In this document: positions 58,338-64,000 of the stretch, one piece after another | Numbering within the stretch: the stretch's first letter is position 1 | How the letters are laid out: each line of letters starts with the position of its first letter | Origin: Candidatus Latescibacterota bacterium | Lineage (GTDB): Bacteria > Latescibacterota > UBA2968 | Direction: 5' to 3' | DNA length: 64,000 nt | NCBI GenBank assembly: GCA_038279365.1 | Contig: JAYODI010000005.1 | Location: forward strand, 13,728 to 77,727 | Notes under the pieces: model-generated | Databases searched by the model: none | Told to the model about the DNA's origin: nothing | What the model saw: only the letters and a program-made list of their open reading frames with translations | Program-made: the position numbers and the translations under genes

Positions 58338-58826
58338 CTATTCAGGAATGATCTGTTGCCAATATGCCACATCCACCCACTTCCCAAGCTTCATGCCCAC
58401 CTCTTTAAAATGCGCCACCTTTTCAAATCCAAACTTTTCAAGCAACCCCACACTGGCATCGTTGGGCAACGCAACCCCACCAATTATACAATGAACTTTC
58501 ATTTCCTTTAAACGTTCCATAATGGCCAAATAAAGCGCTGTACCAATCCCTTTTCGCACCTGTGTCTGATCCAAATACATGCTGCACTCCACCGAATGTT
58601 TGTAGGCACTGCGAGCCTTCCACGGGCTGGCATATACATATCCAATCACCTCACCACCCACCTCATAAACCAACCACGGATACGTGTCTATAATAGTCCG
58701 CATCCGTTGCGCCATATCTGCAGCAGTCACATCTTCTTCTTCAAAAGAAGCCACCGTGTTTTGAATATAGTAATTGTAAATCGCAGCAATCTGAGCCGCA
58801 TCCTCAACCGTACCCTCTCGAACCAT
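58338..58826 (-). CDS. GNAT N-acetyltransferase (YncA/Pat-like)
   Basis: IAAIYNYYI..TVASFEE, RSAY, KGIGT.LY, PNDAS, VG.K.GKWVDV. Confidence 0.9.
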   Translation of the reverse strand: MVREGTVEDAAQIAAIYNYYIQNTVASFEEEDVTAADMAQRMRTIIDTYPWLVYEVGGEVIGYVYASPWKARSAYKHSVECSMYLDQTQVRKGIGTALYLAIMERLKEMKVHCIIGGVALPNDASVGLLEKFGFEKVAHFKEVGMKLGKWVDVAYWQQIIPE

Positions 58827-59206
58827 AGAAATATCCTTATTTTATTATTTAATAGCTGACATAAACAGATAAAATATCCGCCTGCGATATTATACCAAAA
58901 CATAGCGTCTGTTGCATGGGCACACAAGATATTTGTGCCTCAAATCACCCCGAGGATGCCCAATATCAACAAGCACATATTCGGACCAGTCCAAATGGCG
59001 TTCAAAGCAGTCGAGGAATCTCTTCGACGCTCCAGGCCCTTCTCAATATCTTTGTTTGTCAATCTTATACGCTCCTGTTATTTTTTTACCAAATCCGAGC
59101 CATATCAAAACATTATCCCGTAAGAACCTGTCTTATTCTCAATACGTTCATCCAACAATCAAAGTATCTATTAATTACGATAAAAAATCATAAACGAAGG
59201 TGACGC

Positions 59207-60475
59207 ATGGCCACATCTGATATTTACGGACTTGATTTTGGAACATCCAACTCTGCCATATCTGTCTTAAGTGACGGACAAGCCCGTATGCTCCCCATCG
59301 CACAAGATGCAGCAGAAACAATTCCAACACTCTTATTCTTTCCAGATTATGCAAGCGAAGCCTGTATCGGAGAACGCGCTATTCAGGAATACGTCGAAGG
59401 CGGGATGAAAGGTCGGTTAATGCAGTCCATCAAGTCATTTCTGCCAGATGTAGAATATCACGGAACCCCCATCGGCGGGAAATATGGATTCATGACCATT
59501 GAGCACTTCGTTGCGCTTATTATTGAAGACATCAAGAAGCGTGCCGACCGGTTAACCGGCCAAGACATCAAGCGGGTTGTGCTGGGGCGACCGGTTGTTT
59601 TCTCAGATAAACCCGAGGAAGATGCGGTAGCAGAAAAAAGATTGATCAAGGCGGCAGAACGAGCCGGGTTTAAAGAAATTTATCTCCAACAGGAACCCAT
59701 AGCGGCTGCTTTTGAATATGAACAACAATTAACCAAAGATGAAACGGCACTGATTGTTGATTTGGGCGGTGGCACATCTGACTTTACCATTATCAAACTC
59801 GGTCCAAACCGTTTTGCACAGCATGATCGAGAACAGGATATTTTGGGTGTGCATGGCTTCCGTTTAGGAGGAAATGACTTTGATGCGGATATCATGTGGA
59901 ACAACGGCGTCAGGCATTTCGGAAAAGATGCAACCTACACAGAGATGCAACATACCTTGCCAATACCCAATGAAATTTTACTGACGCTCTGTACTTGGCA
60001 AAAGATGTCACTCCTCAAAGAACCTCGAACAAAAGAATTCCTAAAAAGACTCATCAAAACCGGAAGTGATCCACAACGCATGAAAAATTTGAATACATTG
60101 GTAAATGAAAATCTCGGTTATTCTTTTTTTCAATCAGTCGAAGCCGTCAAATGTGCACTTTCTGAATCTGATGAAGCCATGCTTTTATTTGACCAATCAG
60201 GCATACAGGTTCACGAAACGATCACCAAAATTATGTTTGAAGAGATGGTCAAAAAAAAGGTCATACAGCTTGATGAGGGGATGGATCATTTGCTGAAGCA
60301 GTGTGCGTTGTCACCACAGAACATTGATTCTGTCTTTACCACAGGAGGCACGTCGAGCATCCCGTGTATACGGAACCTGATCGCACATAAATTTGGCGCA
60401 GACAAAATAAAGTCAGGCAACACCTTTCTCAGTGTGGCAACAGGTTTGGCGTTGAGCGGTAAGCAGTTTATATAG
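59207..60475 (+). CDS. Hsp70-family ATPase (YegD-like, no substrate-binding domain)
   Basis: GLDFGTSNS, VLGRPV, EPIAAA, VDLGGGTSDF, GGNDFD, TGGTS. Confidence 0.9.
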   Translation: MATSDIYGLDFGTSNSAISVLSDGQARMLPIAQDAAETIPTLLFFPDYASEACIGERAIQEYVEGGMKGRLMQSIKSFLPDVEYHGTPIGGKYGFMTIEHFVALIIEDIKKRADRLTGQDIKRVVLGRPVVFSDKPEEDAVAEKRLIKAAERAGFKEIYLQQEPIAAAFEYEQQLTKDETALIVDLGGGTSDFTIIKLGPNRFAQHDREQDILGVHGFRLGGNDFDADIMWNNGVRHFGKDATYTEMQHTLPIPNEILLTLCTWQKMSLLKEPRTKEFLKRLIKTGSDPQRMKNLNTLVNENLGYSFFQSVEAVKCALSESDEAMLLFDQSGIQVHETITKIMFEEMVKKKVIQLDEGMDHLLKQCALSPQNIDSVFTTGGTSSIPCIRNLIAHKFGADKIKSGNTFLSVATGLALSGKQFI

Positions 60476-60634
60476 CGGATGCGTTTCAGCATAGACAAGG
60501 TGTTTTTCAAGCTGTGCTTTCGTCAATGGAAACGGAAACACAAGCCCCGCCCACAACATCATAGCTTCAGCATCCGGCACCCATCCAATAAGACGGTCAA
60601 AGCCTGATCTCTGAAATGGCACCCACGTAACCAT
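60476..60634 (-). pseudogene. Truncated GNAT-like gene (5' fragment)
   Basis: MVTWVPFQRSGFDRLIGWV.....MMLWAG..FPFPLT..QL resembles a GNAT N-terminus; the frame runs into the convergent Hsp70 gene. Confidence 0.5.
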
Positions 60635-60663
60635 ATCCAAACCCTTTCCTGCAAACAAAAGCA

Positions 60664-61686
60664 TCACTCAACGTTTTTCTTTAACCACTCAAGCCCATCA
60701 ATAACGCCAGCCAATGTCTTCGGCACAAATGGTGGCAACACACGTGCCGCATCCCACCACCACCGCGCGCCATTGGCCTTCAAAATCACATCCCGCACAA
60801 CACGCTCAGTTTCTGAAATTTGAGGCCATTGCATGCCACACTCTGCATAGGCATCGCAACACGCTTCCACATACGCGGCATTTTGATACAATCCATCCGA
60901 CTGATTGCGCTCAAAGTTCCCCTCCAAGGATAAAGCATCAAAAATCGGATTTCCCAACCCCGCCGTCTGAAAATCGAAAACACCACACAGTTGAATATCA
61001 TCCCCATCTTCTTGAACAAGAAAATTGTGAAATTTCGGATCGCCCCATACAAGGCAGAGTTTTTCATCAAAGTGAAGATCCGGAATTTGGTCAAGAAGAC
61101 CTTGCAATTGAGCATAGAATCCCCGATCAATTCCATCAATGACGGATCTAAGTTCTTCGTCTTTTAACAGACCATCACCGACTTTTTCTCGCCACCCATT
61201 CAAACTAAAAAGTGGTTTGCTGGGCACCTGCCCCTCAGAAACAGGAACTGCGTGAATCGTGGCCAAAATCTCTCCCAGTATACGAGACAGCCTAATCCGA
61301 GCCTGATGCGTCGAATGTTCAAAAATCGTCTCGGCAAGTTCACCCTCAAGCTTAGAAAGAATCAAGGTGGGAAAAGGTATAACATCACAATCGTTATCGA
61401 GTAGACACAAAGAGGTTACAGTCAACGCTTCTTCCAACAACTGTGTCACATCCCGATCCGCTTCTAAGGATAAATTTCCAACGCGGTACTGGATCTTTAA
61501 AATAAAACAATCTCCAACCGTTGTCCGACATTCAAATACCGAGTTCGTAAAATTCCCACCCATCAAACGTTGGCTCTCCAATTTGCCAAGTTTATGTTTT
61601 GCCAAAAAATTTTCTGCCAAATCATCAGAAAGCGGAAACCTTTCTTGCGACATCCTTTTAAATTCTGCCCGATCAAGCAATGCCAT
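60664..61686 (-). CDS. Aminoglycoside-phosphotransferase (APH)-family kinase
   Basis: GGNFTNSVF, ILKI, LATIH, WGDPKFHN, VFDFQ, GNP..D. Confidence 0.8.
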   Translation of the reverse strand: MALLDRAEFKRMSQERFPLSDDLAENFLAKHKLGKLESQRLMGGNFTNSVFECRTTVGDCFILKIQYRVGNLSLEADRDVTQLLEEALTVTSLCLLDNDCDVIPFPTLILSKLEGELAETIFEHSTHQARIRLSRILGEILATIHAVPVSEGQVPSKPLFSLNGWREKVGDGLLKDEELRSVIDGIDRGFYAQLQGLLDQIPDLHFDEKLCLVWGDPKFHNFLVQEDGDDIQLCGVFDFQTAGLGNPIFDALSLEGNFERNQSDGLYQNAAYVEACCDAYAECGMQWPQISETERVVRDVILKANGARWWWDAARVLPPFVPKTLAGVIDGLEWLKKNVE

Positions 61687-61710
61687 TCAAAACCCCGCTT
61701 TAAAATTAAA

Positions 61711-62493
61711 CTACGCCGTATCAATTCCCAATTGTTGTTCAACCGTTCTAAACCCAACCTGTTCATACATCCGCTTTGCCGCACTGCCATTATCCGTAGA
61801 CAAAAGCAACTTCTTCACGCCAAGCGTCTCTATCGCGTGCAAAGAAGCCAGATAAACCAAACTGCGTCCCACACCTTTCTCACGAAAATCTGGGTGGGTA
61901 ACCACATTATCAATCACACCTGTTTCATCTACCGTGTAAATCCCCAACCCACCCACCAATACACCTTTTAAAAATGCACCATACCACTTCCCCGCATCAC
62001 ACAGAGACACAGCACGCCACGCAATCATATGCTTCCGAATCCGGTCATTGACAGCAGTTACACGCGTTGCATAACACGATGCACAAATCCCTGCCATTTC
62101 CCATTCTTCATCCGTCTCCACTGGCCGAACAACCACATCGGGGTTAAAATAGGGAGGCAAACCAACACGAGAAGTCGTTAACACGCTACAATTATTCAAA
62201 TTGTAACCCGCCTCCAAAAAAGGTTCAATATGCCCCATCTCACCAGAGGGTGAATCCCACCCAAACGCCTCATGCGTAATATTGGGTTGCTTCCCAATTT
62301 CCTTATAAAAAAGATCACGCCATCGATCAAAATCAGATGGCGTAGGTGGCGCGTCAAACAGCAAGTAATTTCCCCAATAATAAGAAGGATTATCAGGCGT
62401 CCGAATCACCAGATAATCCCCACGATCAATCACCTCTCCCTTAAACCCAGGAAAGGAAAGATCCATTCGATAGCCCAATGATTTCACAAACAT
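61711..62493 (-). CDS. GNAT acetyltransferase (two-domain)
   Basis: RTPDNPSYYWGN; VVTHPDFREKGVG; A.RMYEQVGF. Confidence 0.85.
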   Translation of the reverse strand: MFVKSLGYRMDLSFPGFKGEVIDRGDYLVIRTPDNPSYYWGNYLLFDAPPTPSDFDRWRDLFYKEIGKQPNITHEAFGWDSPSGEMGHIEPFLEAGYNLNNCSVLTTSRVGLPPYFNPDVVVRPVETDEEWEMAGICASCYATRVTAVNDRIRKHMIAWRAVSLCDAGKWYGAFLKGVLVGGLGIYTVDETGVIDNVVTHPDFREKGVGRSLVYLASLHAIETLGVKKLLLSTDNGSAAKRMYEQVGFRTVEQQLGIDTA

Positions 62494-62568
62494 CTTAATT
62501 CTCCACAGTGCTTCAAAACAACACGATCACTCCAATGGTTATATTTTAAAAACTTCCGGCAAAACCAT

Positions 62569-63399
62569 TCAGATCTTCTTAAGTGTAACCCCAGAACCCC
62601 GATGCACACAAACCCCATTCTCCATCGCCTCACCCCCCTGATACAAAACATCAAAACCATGCCCTTCAAGTTCCTGTCGCAAACACTCGTGTGTGCGATA
62701 CCGACGTTGGTGAATATACCATTGACCATTCACGCAAATCGTGCCATCAAAATCTTCAGGTTTTGCATCGGGAAAACCATCACGAGACCGCCAAAGATTA
62801 TAGCAGATCTCAGTCTCAGCATCAAAAAGATCGCGTTTATCAAATCGCAAATAGGTCTTACCCGTTTCACGATCTTCAATCACAATATTGGCATCCACCC
62901 GATGGGGCTCCAAAACACAACACGTCAAAAGGAAATAACCCCGCTCTGAAAGCCGACTTTTAATCGCACCAAACATGCGTTTGCGATCTTCATCTTCAAC
63001 AATGCCTTGTGTGCAATAACTGTCCACAATCAAATCATAAGATTCACCCTTTGCGGGTAGCGCACACACATCCATCACCTCAAAGTGAACGTCCAAACTC
63101 AGTTCATCGGCATTCTTTTTGGCCTGATCAATCGCATCGGGAATCAAATCTATGCCATCCACCCAAAAGCCTCGCCCAGCCAAATAACACGCACCAGGCC
63201 CCGTGCCACACCCCAACTCAAGCACCCGTGCATCGTCACTTACATTTAGCACAGGTAATATCTCTTCTAAAAAAGGCTTGGAAGAAAATTCTTCAAAATC
63301 ATTGGGATCACCATAAATCTCACCCCGAGATTTCAACCCTTTCGCCTTCAATTCGGCATAATCTGCCACATGTTCATGATAATAATAGCGTTGCGTCAT
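62569..63399 (-). CDS. Class I SAM-dependent methyltransferase
   Basis: VLELGCGTG, GIDL, YDLIVD. Confidence 0.88.
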   Translation of the reverse strand: MTQRYYYHEHVADYAELKAKGLKSRGEIYGDPNDFEEFSSKPFLEEILPVLNVSDDARVLELGCGTGPGACYLAGRGFWVDGIDLIPDAIDQAKKNADELSLDVHFEVMDVCALPAKGESYDLIVDSYCTQGIVEDEDRKRMFGAIKSRLSERGYFLLTCCVLEPHRVDANIVIEDRETGKTYLRFDKRDLFDAETEICYNLWRSRDGFPDAKPEDFDGTICVNGQWYIHQRRYRTHECLRQELEGHGFDVLYQGGEAMENGVCVHRGSGVTLKKI

Positions 63400-63479
63400 C
63401 TTTATCCCCAATAACCCAATAACCAAAATCTCATTTTAAATGCATCCCCAATAATAGTCAGACAGGTTAAATGGTTAAA

Positions 63480-64000
63480 CTACTGAACCGCCTCAGTCAA
63501 AACACCTTCACGATTTTGTATCCTCTGATATATCACACCCAAAACATCTTCGGGTGTCAACTCTGTGGTGTCAATCACATGTGTCCAATCCGCTCGGTGT
63601 TCGCGCACATGTTCAAGCCAAGAGCTTAAAAAATCGGGCGGGTGAGCCTTGAGATCGCCTCGTTTCCGAATGCGTTCCACCACCGTTTCCAACGCGACAT
63701 CCAATGTAAAATGATAGACGTGACTCACTGGTGATAACTGTACCCGATACTGATCCACAAACTCAGCATAGTGCAATCCGTTCCCTTCAATAAGAACCAC
63801 TTTTACACCCCGCTGAAAAAAACTTTCGGCAAGCAACCTACTGTGCTCCATAGCAACCTTTCCCCAGTCACCATCTTGCAGACTCCAATCGGGATCAATC
63901 ATGGTATATAGATCATCAATTCCCATCACGGCCGTATCGCCAAGCAACGGGCGAAAATATTTAGGTGCCCTACGACGCAATGTTGTCTTACCTGTGCCAA
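63480..64000 (-). CDS. P-loop kinase (AAA_33-like); 5' end lies outside the window
   Basis: The frame stays open to the window edge and contains GTGKTT upstream of the listed ORF; R...R lid motif, IDTT. Confidence 0.75.
   Translation of the reverse strand, partial: GTGKTTLRRRAPKYFRPLLGDTAVMGIDDLYTMIDPDWSLQDGDWGKVAMEHSRLLAESFFQRGVKVVLIEGNGLHYAEFVDQYRVQLSPVSHVYHFTLDVALETVVERIRKRGDLKAHPPDFLSSWLEHVREHRADWTHVIDTTELTPEDVLGVIYQRIQNREGVLTEAVQ

Noticed and set aside
60664-64000. Integron cassette array
   Set aside because: No RYYYAAC...GTTRRRY attC structures between the genes and no integrase in the window.

Overview
This is a gene-dense bacterial chromosomal segment with about 55 CDS. It contains no rRNA, tRNA, CRISPR array, transposase or phage genes that I can recognise. 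Housekeeping genes (rpmG, hinT, yidD, folE2, sufE, hemB, mug, ilvD, cinA, aroC, mutY) are interleaved with many catabolic or modifying enzymes: four PhyH-type dioxygenases, two C-N hydrolases, a GH4, a sulfatase, an amidohydrolase, a creatininase and an iodotyrosine-deiodinase homologue. That enzyme mix suggests an uncultured heterotroph such as Latescibacterota or Poribacteria (weak inference). Main points of interest: (1) lipid-carrier glycosylation genes built around TPR-tailed GT-C enzymes, including a GT2/YdjC/methyltransferase operon and a DprE1/DprE2-like pair; (2) a PhyH enzyme with a halogenase-type HxG motif; (3) a 52-nt four-way DNA cloverleaf with GAA triloops, embedded in a dispersed family of short-repeat intergenic elements; (4) a stand-alone small gene whose leader has AGGA hairpins and a sequestered Shine-Dalgarno; (5) a two-component system with phased operator boxes next to a spondin lipoprotein; (6) an apparently circularly permuted flavoprotein fused to a membrane ferredoxin. 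All product calls come from motif recognition by eye; no database searches were run.
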